Origin: an uncultured Verrucomicrobiota bacterium | GTDB lineage: Bacteria > Verrucomicrobiota > Verrucomicrobiia > Limisphaerales > CAZZJO01 | Length of the DNA: 64,000 nt | Assembly (NCBI GenBank): GCA_964654645.1 | Contig: CAZZJO010000043.1 | Span: forward strand, 24,650-88,649 | Direction: 5' to 3' | In this document: piece by piece, positions 1 through 9,484 of the stretch | Layout of the letters: each line of letters opens with the position of its first letter | Position numbering within the stretch: position 1 is the stretch's first letter | The notes under the pieces: generated by a model | Database searches by the model: none | Seen by the model: the letters and a program-made list of their open reading frames with translations, nothing else | What the model was told of the DNA's origin: nothing | Made by a program: the position numbers and the translations under genes

Positions 1-939
1 CTCATGCGGGGGATTCCCCGGCAAGCGGTACGTGATAATACTCCAATTTTGGGTACACCTTATCATGCTCGTGACATTGCAAATACTAACGATCGATGTC
101 CGTGGAACCCTGATATGTACGGGGTGGATATGACAAAACCGGGGGCGCAACAGTATTATAACTCAGTGTTCGATTTAATCGCTAGTTGGGGTGTGGATTT
201 TGTCAAGGTAGATGACATTGCACGGCCCTATCATACGAATGAGATTGAGGCGATCCGACGGGCAATCGATCGGACAGGCAGGCCGATGGTGTTGAGTTTA
301 TCACCTGGGGCAACGCCCTTAGGGGCTGGTGAACATGTGATGCGCCATGCGAATATGTGGCGAATAAGCGACGATTTTTGGGATCGGTGGCCCGAGCTTT
401 ACGCCCAGTTTGAACGCCTTCACAATTGGTCTCCATATCGTGGTGACGGTCATTTCCCTGATGCAGACATGCTTCCTTTAGGGGTAATTGCCTTTGGACG
501 CAAAACCAGGTTTACCCCAGAAGAACAATACACATTGATGACTCTGTGGTGCATTGCACGGTCTCCATTAATTTACGGGGGTGACCTTACAAAGATGGAT
601 CCTTTTACATTGTCGCTCTTAACTAATGAAGAGGTTCTCCGTGTAAACCAGTTAAGTTACAACAATAGGCAATTATTTAGAAGCAATGATATAGTTGCAT
701 GGGTGGCACGCGATCGAGAAACCCAGGCCATTTATTTGGCTATGTTTAACATTCGAGATCCAAAAGAGCCTGACGATCCCAGTGGGGTCCAGGTTGAGAT
801 CTTACTGGAAGAATATTCGTTCCCTAATCCATGCAACGTTCGAGACTTATGGCAAAAGAGGGACATTGGGCCGATCACAAACAAATTCGTAGTTAGAGTT
901 CCATATCACGGCAGTGTACTGTATTGTTTGACCAAATAG
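1..939 (+). CDS. GH27 alpha-galactosidase-like glycoside hydrolase, 5'-truncated by the window edge
   Basis: The frame is open from base 1. GH27 catalytic motifs DFVKVD and WRISDD are present, plus PDADML and a C-terminal beta-sandwich (VRDLW...VPYHGSVL). Confidence 0.85.
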   Translation, partial: LMRGIPRQAVRDNTPILGTPYHARDIANTNDRCPWNPDMYGVDMTKPGAQQYYNSVFDLIASWGVDFVKVDDIARPYHTNEIEAIRRAIDRTGRPMVLSLSPGATPLGAGEHVMRHANMWRISDDFWDRWPELYAQFERLHNWSPYRGDGHFPDADMLPLGVIAFGRKTRFTPEEQYTLMTLWCIARSPLIYGGDLTKMDPFTLSLLTNEEVLRVNQLSYNNRQLFRSNDIVAWVARDRETQAIYLAMFNIRDPKEPDDPSGVQVEILLEEYSFPNPCNVRDLWQKRDIGPITNKFVVRVPYHGSVLYCLTK

Positions 940-1284
940 GCAATGGTATGAAGTTCGGGTTTCGCTCGGCTTGCTGGACTTGTGGGGATGCGCGTGAGAG
1001 AATCTTCGGATCAACGTAGATTAATTTTGATGGCAAGCGTGCGGCGATGGTTAGGTTCTGGGTACCTACTTGAGGTTAGAATCTTATAACTATTCGGAAT
1101 TGGATCTAATTTTCCAAAAGTTACCCGAGCGGCCTCGGTGCCTCGATCATACACGGCTGCACCGCTGGAAGTGGGTCTTGTACTCAGGCATAGTCTGGAG
1201 TTAAGAGCGGTTGGGAGATTGACATGGTGTTGATTGCGCGTTTGTTGTAACTTTTTCAATACCGGCTGGATCGAAACACAAGGT

Positions 1285-1842
1285 ATGAAAACTACGACAA
1301 AGGTTTTAATATTAATTAGTTTGGGTGTGGCGGTGATAGGAGCCCTAATTATTAAGGAGCGCAATCAGGATGGTACGAATGGCTCGATAGCCAATTTAGG
1401 AGGGGAATCTGAGCTCACCAATGTTGTCGAAGGTAAACAAGGCGCTCCTAACGCGTCGAGAGCTATGGAGACAGACCTCAGCAATAACCAAGGTTTGGGA
1501 TCAATAGATACCAGTACTCAGTCTAAGCGACTGAAACTGCTCAGTTTTGGGGCGGGATGGTGTTTGCCATGTCGGATGATGGAACCTGTCCGTGAGGCGT
1601 TAAAACGTGAATATGGCCATGTGTTTGAGGTTTTACATTACGATGTCAATAAGGATGAAGCCATGGCGAAAAAATATGGAATCCATGTGATACCGACGCT
1701 TATTTTTATGGATACGGACGGGCAAGTTTTAGGTAGGCATGAGGGCTATATCCCAAAGGAAGGCATTTTGGCGAAATGGAAGCAATTTGGCATCGACGTT
1801 GAATCGCTAGCAACAAACAAGGTTTCCACTCGGGCGAATTAA
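1285..1842 (+). CDS. Membrane-anchored thioredoxin-family protein (TlpA/ResA-like)
   Basis: WCLPC redox motif and cis-Pro IPTL. An N-terminal hydrophobic segment follows ATG 1285 (the ORF track starts at 1234). Confidence 0.85.
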   Translation: MKTTTKVLILISLGVAVIGALIIKERNQDGTNGSIANLGGESELTNVVEGKQGAPNASRAMETDLSNNQGLGSIDTSTQSKRLKLLSFGAGWCLPCRMMEPVREALKREYGHVFEVLHYDVNKDEAMAKKYGIHVIPTLIFMDTDGQVLGRHEGYIPKEGILAKWKQFGIDVESLATNKVSTRAN

Positions 1843-1997
1843 ACAACCGACGGTGAACGGCTTTATAGCTTCAATACCCTAAGGTGAGGTGTTGTTGTTC
1901 AGCGATGTGTTAGTCTGGATAGTTCTGGTAGGATGAATTAACGGGAGTTTGCAGGTACTTTTACTGAGTCTCTAAGCAATGTTTGTTGGTTAGGTTT

Positions 1998-2693
1998 ATG
2001 GAAAGATTGTTTACTGAATTGACGCTTGGTGTGCAGGGGGCGCCATGGATTGCCACATTGGCGGCTTTGGCGTGGGGCGTCGTCAGTATGGTTTTAAGTC
2101 CCTGTCATCTAGGGAGTATTCCGTTGATCATTGCTTATATTGCCGGTCAAGAAGTCCCAAGTATCAAGCGTGCGTTCTGGATCGCCCTTTCGTTTGGAAT
2201 AGGGATGTTGCTAACCACAGCAGTGATAGGAGTGATTACAGCTGGGGTCGGCCATATAATGGGTGGATTAGGGGAAATAGGTAATTACCTAGTTGCCGGG
2301 GTGATGTTTTTGGTTGGGTTATATTTGCTGGGCTTTTTTGGAGAACGATTGACTTGCTCGGTTAATTTCGCGCACAAATTCCAAGGGGTAAATGGCGGAT
2401 TTATGCTCGGTTTGGTGTACGGGTTGGCGCTTGGACCTTGCACATTTGCATACATGGCGCCAATTTTGGCTATAACTTTTAAAGTCGGCGCCCAAAATTT
2501 AGTTTATGGAGTGTTTTTGCTTCTGGTTTACGGCCTGGGGCAAAGTTTAGTGATAGTGTTGGCAGGTACATTCACTAAGCTTGTGGAGCAATGGCTCAGA
2601 ATTCACATGAGTTCGAAGGGGGTGCAAACCTTTCGTTATGTTTGCGGGGTGATACTGCTTGTGCTTGGTGTTATCTGGATTTATAAGGCGTAA
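1998..2693 (+). CDS. ccdA: CcdA/DsbD-beta family cytochrome c biogenesis or redox relay membrane protein
   Basis: LSPCHL and LGPCTF redox Cys motifs, about 6 TM segments, directly after the thioredoxin gene. ATG 1998 preferred (ORF track 1983). Confidence 0.85.
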   Translation: MERLFTELTLGVQGAPWIATLAALAWGVVSMVLSPCHLGSIPLIIAYIAGQEVPSIKRAFWIALSFGIGMLLTTAVIGVITAGVGHIMGGLGEIGNYLVAGVMFLVGLYLLGFFGERLTCSVNFAHKFQGVNGGFMLGLVYGLALGPCTFAYMAPILAITFKVGAQNLVYGVFLLLVYGLGQSLVIVLAGTFTKLVEQWLRIHMSSKGVQTFRYVCGVILLVLGVIWIYKA

Positions 2694-2960
2694 AGAGGGA
2701 ACCGTGGATTGGAGTGGGTTTTAGTCACTGCTTAGAAGTGTTTTTGCAAGTGTTGTATTTGAACGGAAAGATGAAGGGTTGAAAACGGTTGGTGGGGTAA
2801 GTCTTAAACACAGGTGCGGAGAGCGAGTTTACTAAGCAGGCATGGGTTTTCCTCCGTTTGGTTGACTTGACACTTTATGGTCTGTTTGTGAACTTACCTG
2901 CAAGCAAATTTGCCAAGCAGTTTTGAGCGTTAACCTAGTTTAAGGAATAGGAGTTTAACC

Positions 2961-3719
2961 ATGAAACTTTTGATTCTAGCGGCAGGATACGCAACGCGTT
3001 TGTATCCATTGACATTAACGCAGGCAAAACCGCTTTTACCAGTAGCGGGAAAACCGATGATTGAACATGTTTTGGATAGTGTACTACCGATAGGGGGATT
3101 TGACCACATATACATAGTCACCAATGCAAAGTTTTTCCATCAGTTTGATGCTTGGGCTCGGGACTACACCGCCGGCCGTTCCTCTCAGCTTCCCCCAATA
3201 AAAATTGTCAACGATGGTTCAACTGATGACAGTAACAAGCTAGGGGCGATAGGCGACATCCACTTTGTGATGACGAGAGAAAACATCGATGATGATTTGG
3301 TTATAGTCGCGGGGGACAATTTGTTTAGCGAGAAGTTAAACGGGTTCGGCGAATTTTCTCAGCGAAAGAATGCGGTGGTGGTTGCTGTGTACGACGTGGG
3401 GAGCCTAGAACAAGCTAAGAAGTACAATGCAATCAGTTTGGATTCGGAGGGGCGGATAACGTTTTTCGAAGAAAAGCCCAAGAATCCAACGAGCAGTTTG
3501 TGTGCAATAGCTTTGTATTTTTACCCAAGACATGTTTTACCGTTGATCCACCAATACATTCGTGAGGGTAATAACCCTGATCAACCGGGACGACTTATCC
3601 AGTGGCTGTATCTGCGAACCCAGGTGTATACTTGGCGTGTGCCTGGGATTTGGTATGATATTGGCTCGAAAGAAACCCTCGAGGAAGCTAATCGGATTTT
3701 TAGTAGTTTAAAAACGTAA
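2961..3719 (+). CDS. Sugar-1-phosphate nucleotidyltransferase family protein
   Basis: LILAAGYATRL..LT..KPLLPV signature, plus GDN, EEKP and WYDIG motifs. Confidence 0.85.
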   Translation: MKLLILAAGYATRLYPLTLTQAKPLLPVAGKPMIEHVLDSVLPIGGFDHIYIVTNAKFFHQFDAWARDYTAGRSSQLPPIKIVNDGSTDDSNKLGAIGDIHFVMTRENIDDDLVIVAGDNLFSEKLNGFGEFSQRKNAVVVAVYDVGSLEQAKKYNAISLDSEGRITFFEEKPKNPTSSLCAIALYFYPRHVLPLIHQYIREGNNPDQPGRLIQWLYLRTQVYTWRVPGIWYDIGSKETLEEANRIFSSLKT

Positions 3720-3800
3720 CTGCAGTAGGGCTCTGTTGTTAGAATCTATATCCCTCTCTCCAGTGGGTAGCGAGACCGCAACTCTATCGAGAGGACGTAA

Positions 3801-4571
3801 TTAATTATTGGTGGGCGGAGTTTGTTTAGCTTTTAGAGCTCGGATACGGTCTCTAAGCTCCGCTGCTCGTTCAAAGGCTTGTTCTTCAATTGCCCAGCGC
3901 AATTCTTCTTCGAGGCGTTCTAGCTCTGATTTACCAAACGTGTTGCGGAGATGAGACAAGAGTTCTTCTAAGGCCTTTAGTGATCGGGCGTATTCAAACT
4001 GGAATGTTTCGTCTTCTAAAGGTGGGAGGCTTCGTATTTTGTTGATGGTATCCTGCACGATATTAATGGCGGCGTAAGGATCGCCGCTTTCAAGCAGGAG
4101 CATTGCGCGTGCGACTCCATTTATGCGCAGGATATAGGGACGCCATTTCTCTAGATACCACTTGTCGGTTTCCTCAGAGGCATATTCCTTAACGAAATCG
4201 AAGACGCGCAGGTTTCGGTTTGTATCCCGGATAGTTAATTCCCATCGTTGAAGTTGGAATAATCTCAGGTACCGAAGGTAGTAGAGGGTAGCTTCATTAA
4301 AAAGCTCGATACATTGCGCATGGTTGAGTTCGAACTCGGACTCACGGCCTTCTTTTTTGGCTTTCTCCAGCTGACTTAAGTAGTAATCGAAAAACGATTC
4401 CATACCCATTGGCCGTAAGCCGTCGGGTCTACCGTGTAATTCCATTTGTTCGATGCCGAGGGGTGTGCGTACTTGGATTACCTCCCGGCCATCGTTAGCA
4501 GAAATTATCCGCACCTCGTTGTCTGGATCGTACGGCCAGGACCTTAGCAATTCTGTAATATCAGGGTTCAT
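3801..4571 (-). CDS. Conserved hypothetical protein with a C-terminal UVR (UvrB/UvrC) coiled-coil motif
   Basis: C-terminal LEEELRWAIEEQAFERAAELRDRIRAL is a typical UVR motif. The N-terminal domain is not assigned. Confidence 0.7.
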   Translation of the reverse strand: MNPDITELLRSWPYDPDNEVRIISANDGREVIQVRTPLGIEQMELHGRPDGLRPMGMESFFDYYLSQLEKAKKEGRESEFELNHAQCIELFNEATLYYLRYLRLFQLQRWELTIRDTNRNLRVFDFVKEYASEETDKWYLEKWRPYILRINGVARAMLLLESGDPYAAINIVQDTINKIRSLPPLEDETFQFEYARSLKALEELLSHLRNTFGKSELERLEEELRWAIEEQAFERAAELRDRIRALKAKQTPPTNN

Positions 4572-4847
4572 TTAACTGGCATCGTGTGTTTGTTTTAATT
4601 TACAACGGATGCAGCGTACCGTGCAATATTGGCGCTTATACGTTGAGGGGTTTTGGAAGTAGCGAAGCTCCAGGAGTACCGCCAATTGAATAAGCAGGGT
4701 TCTTGGAAAATTTACCCATAGGGTTTACAGCATTCCCAACTCATGTTCTTCTCAACAATCTTGGGATAGCTGGGGTTGGTAAATGACAGTTTCTGGGCTG
4801 TTGATTGACGGTTTTAGCTTCAATATTAACGATTTCCGGCGTAATTT

Positions 4848-5660
4848 TTGGCGATGCAGTTACCGGCTGATTATCATGTTCATACGTTCTTGTGTAATCA
4901 TGCGGTGGGCGACCCAAATGAGTATGTGGTGCAGGCAAAAGTAATTGGGGTGAGTGAAATTGGGTTTGCGGATCATGCTCCTATGCCCAGGGAGGATTTT
5001 GATGATTGGCGGATGAGTAAATCGCAATTGGAGGAGTACATTCGGTTAATTGAGGGACTTCGAGCCCGGCATACTGGGTTGGAAATCAGGCTTGGGTTGG
5101 AAGTGGATTATATTCCCGGGTACGAATGGTGGACTGAGCGGCTGATCAAGACGTATGAATGGGACTATATCATTGGATCGGTTCACTATTTGGGGGATTG
5201 GGATTTCGATAACTCCCGCAAGATACAAAGATGGAACGAGGTTGAAGTTGATTCTGTGTGGCGGCAGTATGTGGAACTATTGATTAAAGCAGTGCAGTCT
5301 GGATTTTTTGATGTGATTGGCCATTTAGATTTGCCCAAAAAGTTCGGTCATCGGCCCAAAACGAATGTAGGTCTGTTATTTGCAGATTTTTTTAGGGTGG
5401 CGGCTAATGCAGGGATTGCAATTGAAATTAATACCTCGGGATTGCGGAAGGATTGCCGGGAGATATACCCGTCGATGGAGTTGTTGCAAGAAATGGTTAA
5501 ATTGGGAACTCCGATAACCTTTGGATCGGATGCCCATGCCCCAGGGGAAGTGGGCTGGGAATTCCCCCGGGCAGTAGCTCTAGCGCGTGAAGTTGGATTT
5601 AAATCGTGGGTGCGATTTATTGGCCGCAAGCGTGAGCACGTGGAGTTGAGGACAATTTAA
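4848..5660 (+). CDS. hisJ: PHP-family histidinol-phosphatase (HisJ/HisK type)
   Basis: DYHVHT, ADHAP, GSVH, GHLD and GSDAH metal-binding motifs, plus EINTSG. Confidence 0.8.
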   Translation: MAMQLPADYHVHTFLCNHAVGDPNEYVVQAKVIGVSEIGFADHAPMPREDFDDWRMSKSQLEEYIRLIEGLRARHTGLEIRLGLEVDYIPGYEWWTERLIKTYEWDYIIGSVHYLGDWDFDNSRKIQRWNEVEVDSVWRQYVELLIKAVQSGFFDVIGHLDLPKKFGHRPKTNVGLLFADFFRVAANAGIAIEINTSGLRKDCREIYPSMELLQEMVKLGTPITFGSDAHAPGEVGWEFPRAVALAREVGFKSWVRFIGRKREHVELRTI

Positions 5661-5725
5661 CGTTTTAGTATCCTGGGCAGCACATACCATTGGCTGTTGT
5701 TCACTTTTCAAAACTCGAATTTGTT

Positions 5726-6337
5726 ATGAGTCAGAGGCTACAAAGTATAGTCACCCTTGATTTGGAAGGGGTTTTGACCCCTGAGATTTGGATAGCCGTT
5801 GCAGAGAAAACTGGCATTCAAGAATTGAGAAGAACAACCCGGGACGAACCCGATTACGACAAACTGATGCGAGGGCGAATAAAGATTTTAGACAACCACG
5901 GGCTTAAATTGTCGGATATCCAGGCTGTCATCAGCACACTTAAACCTTTGCCAGGGGCAAAAGAGTTTTTAGATAAGCTGCGGTCAATAGTGCAAGTAAT
6001 TATCCTTTCTGACACGTTTGAGCAGTTTGCTCGCCCGCTGCTTGAACACTTGGGTTGGCCTACCTTGTTTTGCAATACGTTGGTCGTTGAGAACGACCGA
6101 ATTGTGGACTACCGATTGCGATTGCCTGACCAAAAGCGGAAGTCAGTCTTAGCACTCAAGGATCTTAATTACAAAGTGATTTCAGTGGGGGATTCATTTA
6201 ATGACATTTCCATGTTGATGACAGCTGATGTGGGTATCCTTTTCCACGCTCCAGAGGCGATCCGGAAACAATACCCGCAATTTAAAGCAGTGGATGAATA
6301 CGATGAGTTACTTGCGGAGATTAAACGGCATCTGTGA
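5726..6337 (+). CDS. thrH: Phosphoserine phosphatase / homoserine phosphotransferase (HAD family)
   Basis: LDLEGVL.PEIW, TTRDEPDYD.LM..R, LSDTF and GDSFND are ThrH signatures. ATG 5726 preferred (ORF track 5690). Confidence 0.92.
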   Translation: MSQRLQSIVTLDLEGVLTPEIWIAVAEKTGIQELRRTTRDEPDYDKLMRGRIKILDNHGLKLSDIQAVISTLKPLPGAKEFLDKLRSIVQVIILSDTFEQFARPLLEHLGWPTLFCNTLVVENDRIVDYRLRLPDQKRKSVLALKDLNYKVISVGDSFNDISMLMTADVGILFHAPEAIRKQYPQFKAVDEYDELLAEIKRHL

Positions 6338-6767
6338 GAAAACTTGTTATGGATGATGGGATTATTGCGCAAGGAAGCAGAGAAGCGCTTTTTGAAGGAG
6401 CTTGGGGTAGTAGCAAGTATGGCGTTGGGATTTTGATAATCTACGAGACGATGGTTGCTCACTTCATTATCGTTGCTGAGATGCAAACAAGTCTTGTGGC
6501 AGCCTTCGTACTTGCGGTTTGTGCTCCTTAGGTTCTGTCCTTGGTTTATTAAACTTTTGTATCTGTTGGGATTTGGTTTTTTAGCGGGGTGAGAAAATTG
6601 AGAGTCGTTGGCAGTACCTACGGTCCGTGCCATTAAGGTTTAGTTTATTACCAGGCAAGGCGTCAATATAAGCCTGCCTTCTCTGCATGCGAGTGGGGTT
6701 CAAGAACGGCAAACTTAAAAATTTGTTTCCTCGGGTGCCGGTGCCGTGGTTAATTATTTAAGAACTC

Positions 6768-9458
6768 ATGGCGGGTTCTCAGCACTCCCAACTCACGCCG
6801 ATGATGGCTCAGTACCGGCAAATAAAAAATCAGCTGCCGGATAATACCCTATTGTTGTTCCATCTGGGCGATTTTTATGAGTTGTTTTACGACGATGCGA
6901 AGATTGGGTCGAGCGTTTTGGGGTTGGTATTGACGAAACGGAATGGGGTGCCTATGTGTGGTATCCCAGTTCACTCTGCCGCCACTTACATAAATCGATT
7001 ATTGAAAGCGGGGTACCGAGTCGCTTTGTGTGATCAGTTGGAAGAACCACGACCCGGCAAACTTGTACGACGCGATGTGACTCAGATTTTGTCCCCAGGC
7101 ACGCATATTGACGAGCAGATACTTGAAGCGGATCGAAATAATTACTTAGCCGGCGTCTGCAGTGTGGGGAAGATGTATGGGTTGGCTTATTTGGACCTCA
7201 GTACGGGTGAGTTTAAGGTTACAGAGACTGATTCCGAATATAGGCTGTTGGTTGAGTTGATGGCAGTGCGTCCGGCTGAGGTGATTTATCCAGCAGAGGA
7301 TGTGGCATTGGTAGACTTGCTTAGGGGCAAGCGATTGCCAGCAGACCAACCACACAATGTGGTTTTTAGCCCAACTGATTCACGTTGGATTTTAAATGGG
7401 TATGACGGCTGGGTGTTTGATGTGGGCACTGCGGAGCAGGTTCTATCCGATCATTTTAAAGTGATTACACTCGATGGATTTGGCCTTAAAGGACACCAAG
7501 CTTCCATTTCAGCGGCCGGTGCAATAATCCATTATTTGACACAGCAATTGCGACGAGACTTACAACACGTTACTAGGATTTCGTTTTATCAGCAAAGCCA
7601 GTATCTGTTTTTGGATCATTCTACTATTAGGAATCTTGAGGTGCTTGAGCCTCTAAGTAAAGATGCGCCTCCGAACGCGAGTTTGTATGGGGTATTGAAC
7701 CGAACTGTTACGCCAATGGGTGCTAGGCGCCTGCGGCAGTGGCTTGTAAGGCCGTTAAATAATTTGAATGAAATTGTGCGCCGATTGGCAACGGTGGAAA
7801 TATTTACTCAGTTCCCGCAGTTTTTGGATCGGTTCCGTAAGCAACTAACGGAGGTGCGGGATTTAGAACGCACACTAAGTAGGATCACAGCAGGTAATGC
7901 TACAGCTCGCGAGTTGGTCAGATTACGTATAGCACTGGAGCTAATCCCTGCAATAAAACAGACCTTGACGGAGCTTGTAAACCACGCCAGCAATGTAACT
8001 GGGGGCGACACTTTAGTTGATAGTGCAGTTCCCAGTGATCAGCAAGTCAGAACGGGTTTGCTAAAGGAATTGATTTCAGATTTGGAAGAGCAACCGGAGT
8101 TGGTCGATGTAATCAAACGCGCGATTGTTGATGACCCCCCTGCTACTGTGAAGGAAGGAGGAATTATAAAGGATGGCTTTGATCCTCAGCTTGATGAGTT
8201 GCGGGCGGCGATGCGCAACCATCGGGAATGGATAGCCCAACTTCAGCAGCGTGAAATCCAACGAACTGGGATTCAATCCCTTAAGGTAAGGTACAACGCG
8301 GTTTTCGGATATTACATTGAAGTTACCAAAGCAAACCTGGACAAAGTACCGCCTGACTACATTCGTAAACAGACGCTGGTGGGTGCCGAGCGTTTTATCA
8401 CTCCTGAACTTAAAGAGATTGAGTCGAAGATTTTGGGTGCTGAAGAAAGAAGTGTGAAGCTGGAATATGAACTTTTCCAGCAGGTGCGTGAGCAGGTGTT
8501 GTCACGGGTGGCTTCGATGCAGCGGACTGCCAACGCGCTTGCAACCTTAGATGTTCTTGCTTCGTTTGCTGAGGTAGCGAGATTGTACGATTATTGCAAA
8601 CCGGAGATTGGAGATGAGGGCTTTATAATTATTCGTGACGGTAGGCATCCAGTGCTTGAACAGTGCATGGTGGGGGAACGTTTTGTGCCCAATGACACTG
8701 AGCTAGCTGCGAGTACATCCCCTCCATTGCGGGTCAAGCCCAGTAGTGAAGAAGGTGGTGGGGAATTAAGGCGCCTGCCGCAAATCGCCCTGATTACAGG
8801 GCCTAATATGGCCGGTAAAAGCACCTATATTCGGCAAGTTGCACTTATCACCCTTATGGCTCATGTAGGTTGTTTTGTGCCCGCGAAGGAGGCTAGGATA
8901 GACTTAGTAGATCGCATATTTACAAGGATAGGGGCGGGTGATGATCTTGCACGGGGTCAAAGCACCTTTATGGTTGAGATGACTGAGACCGCAAACATTT
9001 TAAACAACGCCACACCTAGGAGTCTGATAGTTCTTGATGAAGTGGGTCGAGGTACAAGCACGTTCGACGGGATTGCTTTGGCGTGGAGTATAGTGGAGTA
9101 CCTGCATAATCGGGTTGGTGCCAAAACATTGTTTGCAACCCATTATCATGAGTTGACTGAGCTTGCTGGGCAACTTCCACGGATGCGAAATTACAATGTA
9201 GCTGTGCGTGAATGGCAGGACAGGATCATATTCCTGCATAAGATAATCGAGGGAGCTACCGATCGAAGTTATGGTTTGCATGTAGCTCGCTTGGCTGGGG
9301 TACCCCAGGATGTTATTGCGCGGGCACGAGTAATCCTGGCGAATTTGGAAGAGACCGAACTTACACCCCAGGGTACCCGGAGATCTTTGCGTCGTGAACG
9401 CGATCGCGAGCGGTTACGACAGATTCAACCTACGACGCAGTTAGATCTGTTTGCGTGA
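6768..9458 (+). CDS. mutS: DNA mismatch repair protein MutS
   Basis: TPMMAQY, GDFYELF, TGPNMAGKSTY, STFMVEM, DEVGRGT, FATHYHEL and SYG.HVA.LAG motifs. Confidence 0.98.
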   Translation: MAGSQHSQLTPMMAQYRQIKNQLPDNTLLLFHLGDFYELFYDDAKIGSSVLGLVLTKRNGVPMCGIPVHSAATYINRLLKAGYRVALCDQLEEPRPGKLVRRDVTQILSPGTHIDEQILEADRNNYLAGVCSVGKMYGLAYLDLSTGEFKVTETDSEYRLLVELMAVRPAEVIYPAEDVALVDLLRGKRLPADQPHNVVFSPTDSRWILNGYDGWVFDVGTAEQVLSDHFKVITLDGFGLKGHQASISAAGAIIHYLTQQLRRDLQHVTRISFYQQSQYLFLDHSTIRNLEVLEPLSKDAPPNASLYGVLNRTVTPMGARRLRQWLVRPLNNLNEIVRRLATVEIFTQFPQFLDRFRKQLTEVRDLERTLSRITAGNATARELVRLRIALELIPAIKQTLTELVNHASNVTGGDTLVDSAVPSDQQVRTGLLKELISDLEEQPELVDVIKRAIVDDPPATVKEGGIIKDGFDPQLDELRAAMRNHREWIAQLQQREIQRTGIQSLKVRYNAVFGYYIEVTKANLDKVPPDYIRKQTLVGAERFITPELKEIESKILGAEERSVKLEYELFQQVREQVLSRVASMQRTANALATLDVLASFAEVARLYDYCKPEIGDEGFIIIRDGRHPVLEQCMVGERFVPNDTELAASTSPPLRVKPSSEEGGGELRRLPQIALITGPNMAGKSTYIRQVALITLMAHVGCFVPAKEARIDLVDRIFTRIGAGDDLARGQSTFMVEMTETANILNNATPRSLIVLDEVGRGTSTFDGIALAWSIVEYLHNRVGAKTLFATHYHELTELAGQLPRMRNYNVAVREWQDRIIFLHKIIEGATDRSYGLHVARLAGVPQDVIARARVILANLEETELTPQGTRRSLRRERDRERLRQIQPTTQLDLFA

Positions 9459-9484
9459 CTTAGGAGTTTTATTTTACCGTGGAT

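Noticed and set aside
1219-2895. TTGACA hexamers at 1219 and 2867 as promoters
   Set aside because: Neither has an acceptable -10 element at 16-18 nt spacing.
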